Assembly (NCBI RefSeq): GCF_039654945.1
Contig: NW_027361698.1
Coordinates: 19,654,001 to 19,718,000, forward strand
Length of the DNA: 64,000 nt
Direction of reading: 5' to 3'
From: Dendrobates tinctorius
Lineage: Eukaryota
A model generated the notes under the pieces. The model worked only from the letters and a program-made list of their open reading frames with translations. It was not told the DNA's origin and did not search any database. The position numbers and the translations under genes are program-made. Below are positions 15,501-27,800 of the stretch, piece by piece. Positions within the stretch are counted from its first letter, which is position 1, and the number at the start of each line of letters is the position of its first letter.

Positions 15501-18066
15501 TGAATCTGTGCTGCACTTTATGTACATGCTCAGTAGTGAGGCTGTGCTGTGGAGTCGTAGTAGAGATGAATTTGTGCTGCACTTTATGCACATGCTCAGT
15601 AGTGAGGCTGTGCTGTGGAGTCGTAGTAGAGATGAATCTGTGCTGCACTTTATGCACATACTCAGTAGTGAGGCTGTGCTGTGGGGTTGTAGTGGAGATG
15701 AATCTGTGCTGCACTTTATGTACATGCTCAGTAGTGAGGCAGTGCTGTGGAGTCGTAGTGGAGATGAATCTGTGCTGCACTTTATGTACATGCTCAGTAG
15801 TGAGGCTGTGCTGTGGAGTCGTAATGGAGATGAATCTGTGCTGCACTTTTTGTACATACTCAGTAGTGAGGAAGTGCTGTGGAGTCATAGTGGAGATGAA
15901 TCTGTGCTGCACTTTATGTACATGCTCAGTAGTGAGGAAGTGCTGTGGAGTCGTAGCGGAGATTAATCTTTGCTGCACTTTATGTACATGCTCAGTAGTG
16001 AGGCAGTGCTGTGGAGTCGTAATGGAGATGAATCTGTGCTGCACTTTATGTACATGCTCAGTAGTGAGGCAGTGCTGTGGAGTCGTAGTGGAGATGAATC
16101 TGTGCTGCACTTTATGTACATGCTCAGTAGTGACCAGTGCTGTGGAATCGTAGTGAAGATGACTCTGTGCTGCACTTTATGTACAAGCTCAGTAGTGAGG
16201 CCATGCTGTGGGGGCGTAGTGGAGATGAATCTGTGCTGCACTTTATGTACATGCTCAGTAGTGAGGCCATGCTGTGGAATCGTAGTGGAGATGAATCTGT
16301 GCTGCACTTTATGTACATGCTCAGTAGTGAGGCTGTGCTGTGGAGTCGTAGTAGAGATGAATCTGTGCTGCACTTTATGCACATGCTCAGTAGTGAGGCT
16401 GTGCTGTGGAGTCGTAGTAGAGATGAATCTGTGCTGCACTTTATGCACATACTCAGTAGTGAGGCTGTGCTGTGGAGTCGTAGCGGAGATGAATCTGTGC
16501 TGCACTTTATGTACATGCTCAGTAGTGAGGCTGTGCTGTGGGGTCGTAGTGGAGATGAATCTGTGCTGCACTTTATGTACATGCTCAGTAGTGAGGAAGT
16601 GCTGTGGAGTCGTAGCGGAGATGAATCTGTGCTGCACTTTTTGTACATGCTCAGTAGTGAGGAAGTGCTGTGGAGTCATAGTGGAGATGAATCTGTGCTG
16701 CACTTTATGTACATGCTCAGTAGTGAGGAAGTGCTGTGGAGTCGTAGCGGAGATTAATCTGTGCTGCACTTTATGTACATGCTCAGTAGTGAGGCAGTGC
16801 TGTGGAGTCGTAATGGAGATGAATCTGTGCTGCACTTGATGTACATGCTCAGTAGTGAGGCCGTGCTGTGGAGTCGTAGTGGAGATGAATCTGTGCTGCA
16901 CTTTATGTACATGCTCAGTAGTGAGGCCGTGTTGTGGGGGCGTAGTGGAGATGAATCTGTGCTGCACTTTATGTACATGCTCAGTAGTGAGGCTGTGCTG
17001 TGGAGTCGTAGTAGATATGAATCTGTGCTGCACTTTATGCACATGCTCAATAGTGAGGCTGTGCTGTGGAGTCGTAGTAGAGATGAATCTGTGCTGCACT
17101 TTATGCACATACTCAGTAGTGAGGCTGTGCTGTGGAGTCGTAGCGGAGATGAATCTGTGCTGCACTTTATGTACATGCTCAGTAGTGAGGCTGTGCTGTG
17201 GGGTCGTAGTGGAGATGAATCTGTGCTGCACTTTATGTACATGCTCAGTAGTGAGGAAGTGCTGTGGGGTCATAGTGTAGATGAATCTGTGCTGCACTTT
17301 ATGCACATGCTCAGTAGTGAGGCAGTGCTGTGGCGTCGTAATGGAGATGAATCTGTACTGCACTTTATGTACATGCTCAGTAGTGAGGAAGTGCTGTGGA
17401 GTCGTAGCGGAGATGAATCTGTGCTGCACTTTATGTACATGCTCAGTAGTGAGGCAGTGCTGTGGAGTCGTAGTGGAGATGAATCTGTGCTGCACTTTAT
17501 GTACATGCTCAGTAGTGACCAGTGCTGTGGAGTCGTAGTGGAGATGAATCTATGCTGCACTTTATGTACATGCTCAGTAGTGAGGCCGTGCTGTGGAGTG
17601 GTAGTGGAGATGAATCTGTGCTGCACTTTATGTATATGCTCAGTAGTGAGGCAGTGCTGTGGAGTCGTAGTGGAGATGTATCTGTGCTGCACTTTATGTA
17701 CATGCTCAGTAGTGAGGCCGTGCTGTGGAGTTGTAGTGGAGATGAATCTGTGCTGCACTTTATGTACATGCTCAGTAGTGAGGCCGTGCTGTGGAGTGGT
17801 AGTGGAGATGAATCTGTACTGCACTTTATGTACATGCTCAGTAGTGAGGAAGTGCTGTGGAGTCGTAGTGGAGATGAATCTGTGCTGCACTTTATGTACA
17901 TGCTCAGTAGTGAGGCAGTGCTGTGGAGTCGTAGTGGAGATGAATCTGTGCTGCACTTTATGTACATGCTCAGTAGTGGGGCAGTGCTGTGGAGTAAAAG
18001 TCGGGAGTCTGGGAAATTGAGTCAGAGTTGGATTTGGTGGTTTGGCTTACCGACTCCACAGCCCTG
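575..18066. mobile_element. Non-autonomous hAT-like element enclosing the 66-bp array
   Basis: Left end CAGGGTTGTGGAGTC (575) and right end GACTCCACAGCCCTG (18052-18066) form a 14/15 TIR. Clustered GGAGTC/GACTCC subterminal motifs occur at both ends. The flanks CTTGCCAG / CTCCCAGA only loosely resemble a TSD. Confidence 0.7.
781..17995. repeat. 66-bp tandem (satellite) array, ~260 units, with 65-bp and 54-bp variants
   Basis: Consensus GTGCTGTGGAGTCGTAGTGGAGATGAATCTGTGCTGCACTTTATGTACATGCTCAGTAGTGAGGCA. The 65-bp variant ends GACCA. Shortened 54-bp units occur near 900-1010. Confidence 0.98.
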
Positions 18067-18075
18067 CTCCCAGAG

Positions 18076-18166
18076 TTTAGATTGTGAGTCCCAATGGGGT
18101 GGGTGACAAAAAAGTCTGTAAAGAGCTGTGAAATAAATGGAGCTATACAAGTAACTAGAATAAATA
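18076..18166 (+). mobile_element. SINE/L2-type 3' tail fragment
   Basis: TTTAGATTGTGAGTCCC...CTGTAAAGAGCTGTGAAATAAATGGAGCTATA resembles the SINE tail at 50525-50620. Confidence 0.55.
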
Positions 18167-18424
18167 TTTTCATGAGTGACCGGCTCCCCTGCCTACCCAC
18201 AGCTGACTGACAGATTCCCCTTATGCAAAGTATAGAGAGAATGCTGTCTACCAGTTATTGGAGGGTCACTGCCGCCCCGTGCTGCACCTAATAACGTGTG
18301 ATACATGATAATACATGCTTTTGTTACCAGGACGTAATGTATTAATACAGATTATCAGCAAATTTGTGTTGTTTGCTTGTGTTTCCAGAACATGATTATG
18401 ATTATTTGTATATTCAGTCTGTTA

Positions 18425-19091
18425 GGCCGGGGTCACACTGGCGAGGAATACGGGAGAGTGAGAGGCGCAAAAAGCACGCATTAGACACGGACCAATGATT
18501 CTCTTTGGGGTCACTCGCACCAGCCGTATATTTCTCCTCAGTATCCTACGCTCCGTGCCACTCGCAGCATGCTGCGATTGTCAGCGTACTACGGCCGTAG
18601 TACGCCAATGCAAGTCTATGGGTGCGCAAAAAATACGGATTACACACGGAGCACACATGTGACTTGCGAGAAATACGCACCAGGTGTCTTTTAGCAAAGC
18701 CGGCAATTCAGTGCGCGATACAGTAAACTCACACTGACAATTTTAATAAAGAAATGAAAGAATAGATATAGACACATAGAATACATATATATATATATAT
18801 ATATAAATAAATATATATATATATATATATGTATTCTATGTGTCTATATCTATTCTTTCATTTCTTTATTAAAACTGTCATAGGGCTCCATTATATGTCC
18901 ATTTTGCAAGCCTGCGAGAAAATCTCACCATACGGATGCCATACGGATTACATACGGATGCTGACATGCGCAAAATACGTGACCACACCTTGATTACGGA
19001 TGAAATACGGAGCACTGTTTAGGGGTCTGTCATCCGTATTACGCATGTAAAATACTGACTGTATTTTGCGCAGGTTAGTGTGACTCCAGCT
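18425..19091. mobile_element. PIF/Harbinger-type MITE with an internal hairpin around a (TA)n tract
   Basis: TIR GGCCGGGGTCACACT / AGTGTGACTCCAGCT with TTA on both sides. Near-perfect internal inverted repeat at ~18736-18880 centred on (TA)n. Confidence 0.8.
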
Positions 19092-19697
19092 TTATGGCTA
19101 AACTAGATAATAGTATCTCACTGTACCATCACTATGTTGTCTTAGGACATCATAATATATGGGGATGACATCACAATTCTATGATGGGATACAGTACAGC
19201 TTCCACTAAGGCGTTTCAAGAGTGACAAACCAGTCCACAAACTACAGGTAAGCCCAGAAGAATACAGAACGAGGATCGCGGCTGAATAATGTCAGACCAC
19301 AGCTTGAGCTGCTCTGTCATGGCTGGTGACATCACCTGCAGCTTTTCGGAATGGCTGTGTTGTGAAAGCCAAGCCTAAACGTCAGCATTTTACAGTAAAT
19401 TTGCCAGTCGTCGGGTAGCTGTGCCCCCAGTAAAGTATGCATCGATAAGTGCCAGAACGTCCAGACCACTCTCATCATAATCTGTACTGCATATTAGTAG
19501 GGCGATGGGTGTGGTATATTGATTTACAGACATTATTTCCTTCAGGACACTGCAGTGCTTGCTTTCCAATATATATATGTATGTATATATATATATACAC
19601 ATACACACAATGTTATACATCTAGAATTTTAAATTGTGCATATATATATATACACACACATACAACTATATCTTGTATACAGGTATACATATGTATA

Positions 19698-20312
19698 CAT
19701 TGTCAGACTTGGTGCCAAGGGCCCACCGTTAACATTGACTTTGGGGGCCCACTTTTCACCTGCATGTAAATATTACACTTTCCTCGTTCACTTAGGCTGT
19801 GTGCACACGCTGCGGATTCTGCTGCAGTTCCGCAGCGGATTTGGCCGCGGCGGATGCGCATCAGTTTTTGCTGCGGTGTACAGTACCATAATATCCTATG
19901 GATATTAAAAACCGCAGTGCAGACGGTGCAGATTTTTCCGTGCGGTTTTCCTGTGGTTTCTAAACCGTAGAAAGAATTGACATGTTAATTCTTTCTGCGG
20001 ATTCCGCTGCGGTTTGCCATCTCCTCCATTTTGGAGATGAAAAACCGCAGGTAAAACCGCAGGCCCTTTGACCTGCGGATTTACCTGCGGAATTTACAAA
20101 ATCCGTGCGGCCAAATCCGCACCCCAATCCGCAGCGTGTGCACATACCCTTATGTACCTATGCTTCTATATAAACTAGGTAGTTTGGTTAATGAATGATG
20201 ATATGCTATTTTTTTGTACAGAGTATATTTAGTGAATTATGCCGAGTACTGCCCATACAGTGGGGGCCCATCGGTGGATTCCCCGGTTCTCCTATGGGCC
20301 AGTCCGAGCCTG
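19698..20312. mobile_element. Non-autonomous hAT element
   Basis: Exact 8-bp TSD TATGTATA (19690-19697 and 20313-20320). Degenerate TIR CATTGTCAGACTTGG / GGCCAGTCCGAGCCTG and GGGCCC subterminal motifs. Confidence 0.7.
19795..20149. mobile_element. Harbinger-type MITE nested in the hAT element
   Basis: TIR GGCTGTGTGCACACGCTGCGGATT / AATCCGCAGCGTGTGCACATACCC, TTA TSD and many TGCGG motifs. A related copy lies in the opposite orientation at ~37005-37337. Confidence 0.85.
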
Positions 20313-20858
20313 TATGTATATGATGGAAGTTCTACAATCACCCAGCGTGCCAATGTGGGCATCTCAGTGAATGCTACAGCGCCAGGTGGCAATAATCTCA
20401 TATACCTATTACCTGTTGAGTGGCCATTATGATATATACTGTATTTTGGACATTTGTGGCACACATGGTACATTATAAAATGGCATAGGTATCCATGTAA
20501 ATATTGCCACCGAATCACAGCAATTATTATGCATTTCTACTATTAGCGCCACAATTGGGTTCTCTGAAAGGCGTGGCACAGCGACATATTTATCATAAGC
20601 CAACATTGTAGGTGGCACATACGTGTGCGGTGCTGGCGCATGTGACATCCCAGGGAGATCAGGTAAAAAACATTACCAGCCAGCCATGGCAAGCTCCTGC
20701 CTGCACCATACATACATGTGACTGGCCATTGTGGGGATGCAGGGAGTGTCCGGGGGAAGAAAAGTCAGTGCCCTGGTCTAGGAGGGGACCAGTGAGGGGG
20801 GCTGGCTCCCATACAGGTGCCACAGGGCACAGCACATATACAGGGTACAGTCACCCAC

Positions 20859-20924
20859 CTGGCGGATCCTGGGTGGCATGGGGGGAGACACACCACCCCC
20901 TGGTGTAGAGGCGGGAGAGGCCAT
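20859..20924 (-). CDS. Candidate first coding exon of an unidentified gene (MASPASTPGGGVSPPMPPRIRQ)
   Basis: Strong Kozak context GACATGG, then 22 codons and a CAG|GTGGGT donor. It sits in GC-rich non-repetitive sequence downstream of a TATA-like box. No homologue recognised and upstream ATGs exist. Confidence 0.3.
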
Positions 20925-21340
20925 GTCCCTGCAGCCTCCCTCCTTCTCCAGCTGTCCCTTCTGTGGCACGCTCCTGACTGACAATCCCGTCAGACAGCTT
21001 CCTCCTAGGCATGCAGTGTGGGTAGGAGCCGGGCAGCAATGACCTTCCTGTCTTCGTCCAGTAGTGATCTGCAGAGCAGCGCCTGGCAGTCTGCAGTGTA
21101 TGGGGGGAGAGCGCTGCTGCTGGGATGATCATTACAGCAGGAGAACTGACAGGAGCTGGAGGCTGGGCTGCTGCTGATGAGCTCACCCACAGCCCTGGAG
21201 TCTGGCATGGATGCCAACCTGCAGATATCTGTGTGGAGACCTGCTACACCACCATGAGGGAGCAGTCAGGGTTCTCTGCAGAGGATTCCTGCTTTCCCTC
21301 CCAGTAGATGGAGCTGCAGCCTCACTCCAACTGACTATAA

Positions 21341-21348
21341 TTTATATA
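21341..21348 (-). promoter_or_regulatory. Putative TATA box (TATATAAA)
   Basis: Isolated AT-rich TATATAAA in GC-rich context ~420 bp upstream of the candidate ATG at 20924. Confidence 0.3.
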
Positions 21349-21892
21349 AGTAGGAGCTGGGAACCCCACCAGTCCCCTGAATCCATGGGGCTGGGGCATC
21401 AGTAATGACAGGAGCCTGAGGTGTGCCAAATCCCCTTGTGTCCTGGATTAGGCCAGGTAATCCGGAACTAGCAGCGCTTGGACGCAGCACATATTCACGC
21501 TTCCAAAGCACTGCCGTCAGAGGCGTAGCTAGGGTTTTGGTTCAGGGGGGCGAAACTTCTGAGTGGGCCCCTAACCAGAGAACCTCAACAGATGATAATC
21601 TATATCTAAAAAGACCAACATTGATATTACCGCCATGTGGTCAGTGGTAGATCTCAGTCCTACAGAACATATAAGAGATTACAGCAGAGTTACAGATAAT
21701 GACTTACCGCTGACGTTCTTTCTGATGGAATCGTTCACTTTTCACGTCTTTTCCATCTGGCCCAGACCGACATGACAACTTCTTCCAGACAGGACTCGGC
21801 TGCAGAGAATACAACAACAACACATTTCACTTCTCACATTTTCAGCACTGTCACCAATTGGACCATTCTCATCCTGCACAAACTGCTCATCC

Positions 21893-24800
21893 TGCTGATA
21901 CCCCAATACTGAGCCACTGCTGCCATATCTGTCCTTATTACTGCACCTGATACCCCAATACTGAGCCGCTGCTGCCATATCTGTCCTTATTACTGCACCT
22001 GATACCCCAATACTGAGCCGCTGCTGCCATATCTGTCCTTATTACTGCACCTGATACCCCAATACTGAGCCGCTGCTGCCATATCTGTCCTTATTACTGC
22101 ACCTGATACCCCAATACTGAGCCGCTGCTGCCATATCTGTCCTTATTACTGCACCTGATACCCCAATACTGAGCCGCTGCTGCCATATCTGTCCTTATTA
22201 CTGCACCTGATACCCCAATACTGAGCCGCTGCTGCCATATCTGTCCTTATTACTGCACCTGATACCCCAATACTGAGCCGCTGCTGCCGTATGTGTCCCT
22301 ATTACTGCACCTGATACCCCAATACTGAACCGCTGCTGCCGTATGTGTCCCTATTACTGCACCTGATACCCCAATACTGAACCGCTGCTGCCATATCTGT
22401 CCTTATTACTGCACCTGATACCCCAATACTGAGCCGCTGCTGCCATATCTGTCCTTATTACTGCACCTGATACCCCAATACTGAGCCGCTGCTGCCATAT
22501 CTGTCCTTATTACTGCACCTGATACCCCAATACTGAACCGCTGCTGCCGTATGTGTCCCTATTACTGCACCTGATACCCCAATACTGAACCGCTGCTGCC
22601 ATATCTGTCCTTATTACTGCACCTGATACCCCAATACTGAGCCACTGCTGCCATATCTGTCCTTATTACTGCACCTGATACCCCAATACTGAGCCGCTGC
22701 TGCCATATCTGTCCTTATTACTGCACCTGATACCCCAATACTGAGCCACTGCTGCCATATCTGTCCTTATTACTGCACCTGATACCCCAATACTGAGCTG
22801 CTGCTGCCATATCTGTCCTTATTACTGCACCTGATACCCCAATACTGAGCCGCTGCTGCCATACCTGTCCTTATTACTTCACCTGATACCCCAATACTGA
22901 ACCGCTGCTGCCATATCTGTCCTTATTACTGCACCTGATACCCCAATACTGAGCCGCTGCTGCCATATCTGTCCTTATTACTGCACCTGATACCCCAATA
23001 CTGAACCGCTGCTGCCGTATGTGTCCCTATTACTGCACCTGATACCCCAATACTGAACCACTGCTGCCATATCTGTCCTTATTACTGCACCTGATACCCC
23101 AATACTGAGCCACTGCTGCCATATCTGTCCTTATTACTGCACCTGATACCCCAATACTGAGCCGCTGCTGCCATATCTGTCCTTATTACTGCACCTGATA
23201 CCCCAATACTGAGCCGCTGCTGCCATACCTGTCCTTATTACTGCACCTGATACCCCAATACTGAACCGCTGCTGCCATATCTGTCCTTATTACTGCACCT
23301 GATACCCCAATACTGAGCCGCTGCTGCCATATCTGTCCTTATTACTGCACCTGATACCCCAATACTGAGCCGCTGCTGCCATACCTGTCCTTATTACTGC
23401 ACCTGATACCCCAATACTGAACCGCTGCTGCCATATCTGTCCTTATTACTGCACCTGATACCCCAATACTGAGCCACTGCTGCCATATCTGTCCTTATTA
23501 CTGCACCTGATACCCCAATACTGAGCCGCTGCTGCCGTATGTGTCCCTATTACTGCACCTGATACCCCAATACTGAGCCGCTGCTGCCGTATGTGTCCCT
23601 ATTACTGCACCTGATACCCCAATACTGAGCCACTGCTGCCATATCTGTCCTTATTACTGCACCTGATACCCCAATACTGAGCCACTGCTGCCGTATGTGT
23701 CCCTATTACTGCACCTGATACCCCAATACTGAGCCGCTGCTGCCGTATGTGTACCTATAACTGCACCTGATACCCCAATACTGAGCCACTGCTGCCATAT
23801 CTGTCCTTATTACTGCACCTGATACCCCAATACTGAGCCACTGCTGCCGTATGTGTCCCTATTACTGCACCTGATACCCCAATACTGAACCGCTGCTGCC
23901 ATATCTGTCCTTATTACTTCACCTGATACCCCAATACTGAGCCGCTGCTGCCATACCTGTCCTTATTACTGCACCTGATACCCCAATACTGAACCGCTGC
24001 TGCCATATCTGTCCTTATTACTGCACCTGACACCCCAATACTGAGCCGCTGCTGCCATATCTGTCCTTATTACTGCACCTGGTACCCCAATACTGAGCCG
24101 CTGCTGCCGTATGTGTCCCTATTACTGCACCTAATACCCCAATACTGAGCCGCTGCTGCCGTATGTGTCCCTATTACTGCACCTGATACCCCAATACTGA
24201 GCCACTGCTGCCATATCTGTCCTTATTACTGCACCTGATACCCCAATACTGAGCCGCTGCTGCCGTATGTGTCCCTATTACTGCACCTGATACCCCAATA
24301 CTGAGCCACTGCTGCCATATCTGTCCTTATTACTGCACCTGATACCCCAATACTGAGCCACTGCTGCCATATCTGTCCTTATTACTGCACCTGATACCCC
24401 AATACTGAGCCGCTGCTGCCATATCTGTCCTTATTACTGCACCTGATACCCCAATACTGAGCCGCTGCTGCCATATCTGTCCTTATTACTGCACCTGATA
24501 CCCCAATACTGAGCCGCTGCTGCCATATCTGTCCTTATTACTGCACCTGATACCCCAATACTGAGCCGCTGCTGCCATATCTGTCCTTATTACTGCACCT
24601 GATACCCCAATACTGAGCCGCTGCTGCCATATCTGTCCTTATTACTGCACCTGATACCCCAATACTGAGCCACTGCTGCCGTATGTGTCCCTATTACTGC
24701 ACCTGATACCCCAATACTGAGCCACTGCTGCCATATCTGTCCTTATTACTGCACCTGATAGCCCAATACTGAGCCGCTGCTGCCGTATGTGTCCCTATTA

Positions 24801-27800
24801 CTGCACCTAATACCCCAATACTGAGCCGCTGCTGCCGTATGTGTCCCTATTACTGCACCTGATACCCCAATACTGAGCCACTGCTGCCATATCTGTCCTT
24901 ATTACTGCACCTGATACCCCAATACTGAGCCGCTGCTGCCGTATGTGTCCCTATTACTGCACCTGATACCCCAACACTGAGCCACTGCTGCCATATCTGT
25001 CCTTATTACTTCACCTGATACCCCAATACTGAGCCACTGCTGCCATATCTGTCCTTATTACTGCACCTGATACCCCAATACTGAGCCGCTGCTGCCGTAT
25101 GTGTCCCTATTACTGCACCTGATACCCCAATACTGAGCCGCTGCTGCCGTATGTGTACCTATAACTGCACCTGATACCCCAATACTGAGCCACTGCTGCC
25201 ATATCTGTCCTTATTACTGCACCTGATACCCCAATACTGAGCCGCTGCTGCCATATCTGTCCTTATTACTGCACCTGATACCCCAATACTGAGCCGCTGC
25301 TGCCGTATGTGTCCCTATTACTGCACCTGATACCCCAATACTGAGCCGCTGCTGCCGTATGTGTCCCTATTACTGCACCTGATACCCCAATACTGAGCCA
25401 CTGCTGCCATATCTGTCCTTATTACTTCACCTGATACCCCAATACTGAGCCACTGCTGCCATATCTGTCCTTATTACTGCACCTGATACCCCAATACTGA
25501 GCCGCTGCTGCCGTATGTGTCCCTATTACTGCACCTGATACCCCAATACTGAGCCACTGCTGCCGTATGTGTCCCTATTACTGCACCTGATACCCCAATA
25601 CTGAGCCACTGCTGCCATATCTGTCCTTATTACTGCACCTGATAGCCCAATACTGAGCCGCTGCTGCCGTATGTGTCCCTATTACTGCACCTGATACCCC
25701 AATACTGAGCCGCTGCTGCCGTATGTGTCCCTATTACTGCACCTGATACCCCAGTACTGAGCCACTGCTGCCATATCTGTCCTTATTACTGCATCTGATA
25801 CCCCAATACTGAGCCGCTGCTGTGGTATGTGTCCCTATTACTGCACCTGATACCCCAATACTGAGCCGCTGCTGCCGTATGTGTACCTATTACTGCACCT
25901 GATACCCCAATACTGAGCCACTGCTGCCATATCTGTCCTTATTACTGCACCTGATACCCCAATACTGAGCCGCTGCTGCCATATATGTCCCTATTACTGC
26001 ACCTGATACCCCAATACTGAGCCGCTGCTGCCATATGTGTCCCTATTACTGCACCTGATACCCCAATACTGAGCCACTGCTGCCATATCTGTCCTTATTA
26101 CTGCACCTGATACCCCAATACTGAGCCGCTGCTGCCGTATGTGTCCCTATTACTGCACCTGATACCCCAATACTGAGCCGCTGCTGCCGTATGTGTCCCT
26201 ATTACTGCACCTGATACCCCAATACTGAGCCGCTGCTGCCATATCTGTCCTTATTACTGCACCTGATACCCCAATACTGAGCCACTGCTGCCGTATGTGT
26301 CCCTATTACTGCACCTGATACCCCAATACTGAGCCGCTGCTGCCGTATGTGTACCTATAACTGCACCTGATACCCCAATACTGAGCCACTGCTGCCATAT
26401 CTGTCCTTATTACTGCACCTGATACCCCAATACTGAGCCGCTGCTGCCGTATGTGTCCCTATTACTGCACCTGATACCCCAATACTGAACCGCTGCTGCC
26501 ATATCTGTCCTTATTACTTCACCTGATACCCCAATACTGAGCCGCTGCTGCCATACCTGTCCTTATTACTGCACCTGATACCCCAATACTGAACCGCTGC
26601 TGCCATATCTGTCCTTATTACTGCACCTGACACCCCAATACTGAGCCGCTGCTGCCATATCTGTCCTTATTACTGCACCTGGTACCCCAATACTGAGCCG
26701 CTGCTGCCGTATGTGTCCCTATTACTGCACCTAATACCCCAATACTGAGCCGCTGCTGCCGTATGTGTCCCTATTACTGCACCTGATACCCCAATACTGA
26801 GCCACTGCTGCCATATCTGTCCTTATTACTGCACCTGATACCCCAATACTGAGCCGCTGCTGCCGTATGTGTCCCTATTACTGCACCTGATACCCCAATA
26901 CTGAGCCACTGCTGCCATATCTGTCCTTATTACTTCACCTGATACCCCAATACTGAGCCACTGCTGCCATATCTGTCCTTATTACTGCACCTGATACCCC
27001 AATACTGAGCCGCTGCTGCCGTATGTGTCCCTATTACTGCACCTGATACCCCAATACTGAGCCGCTGCTGCCGTATGTGTACCTATAACTGCACCTGATA
27101 CCCCAATACTGAGCCACTGCTGCCATATCTGTCCTTATTACTGCACCTGATACCCCAATACTGAGCCACTGCTGCCATATCTGTCCTTATTACTGCACCT
27201 GATACCCCAATACTGAGCCGCTGCTGCCGTATGTGTCCCTATTACTGCACCTGATACCCCAATACTGAGCCGCTGCTGCCGTATGTGTCCCTATTACTGC
27301 ACCTGATACCCCAATACTGAGCCACTGCTGCCATATCTGTCCTTATTACTTCACCTGATACCCCAATACTGAGCCACTGCTGCCATATCTGTCCTTATTA
27401 CTGCACCTGATACCCCAATACTGAGCCGCTGCTGCCGTATGTGTCCCTATTACTGCACCTGATACCCCAATACTGAGCCACTGCTGCCGTATGTGTCCCT
27501 ATTACTGCACCTGATACCCCAATACTGAGCCACTGCTGCCATATCTGTCCTTATTACTGCACCTGATAGCCCAATACTGAGCCGCTGCTGCCGTATGTGT
27601 CCCTATTACTGCACCTAATACCCCAATACTGAGCCGCTGCTGCCGTATGTGTCCCTATTACTGCACCTGATACCCCAATACTGAGCCACTGCTGCCATAT
27701 CTGTCCTTATTACTGCACCTGATACCCCAATACTGAGCCGCTGCTGCCGTATGTGTCCCTATTACTGCACCTGATACCCCAACACTGAGCCACTGCTGCC

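Noticed and set aside
781-17995. Dozens of long ORFs (Cys-rich, His/Thr-rich, LWSRSGDESVLHF repeats) suggesting a repetitive protein
   Set aside because: 66 bp is 22 codons and four of six frames happen to lack stops. Frequent 65-bp units shift frames freely, so no frame is conserved.
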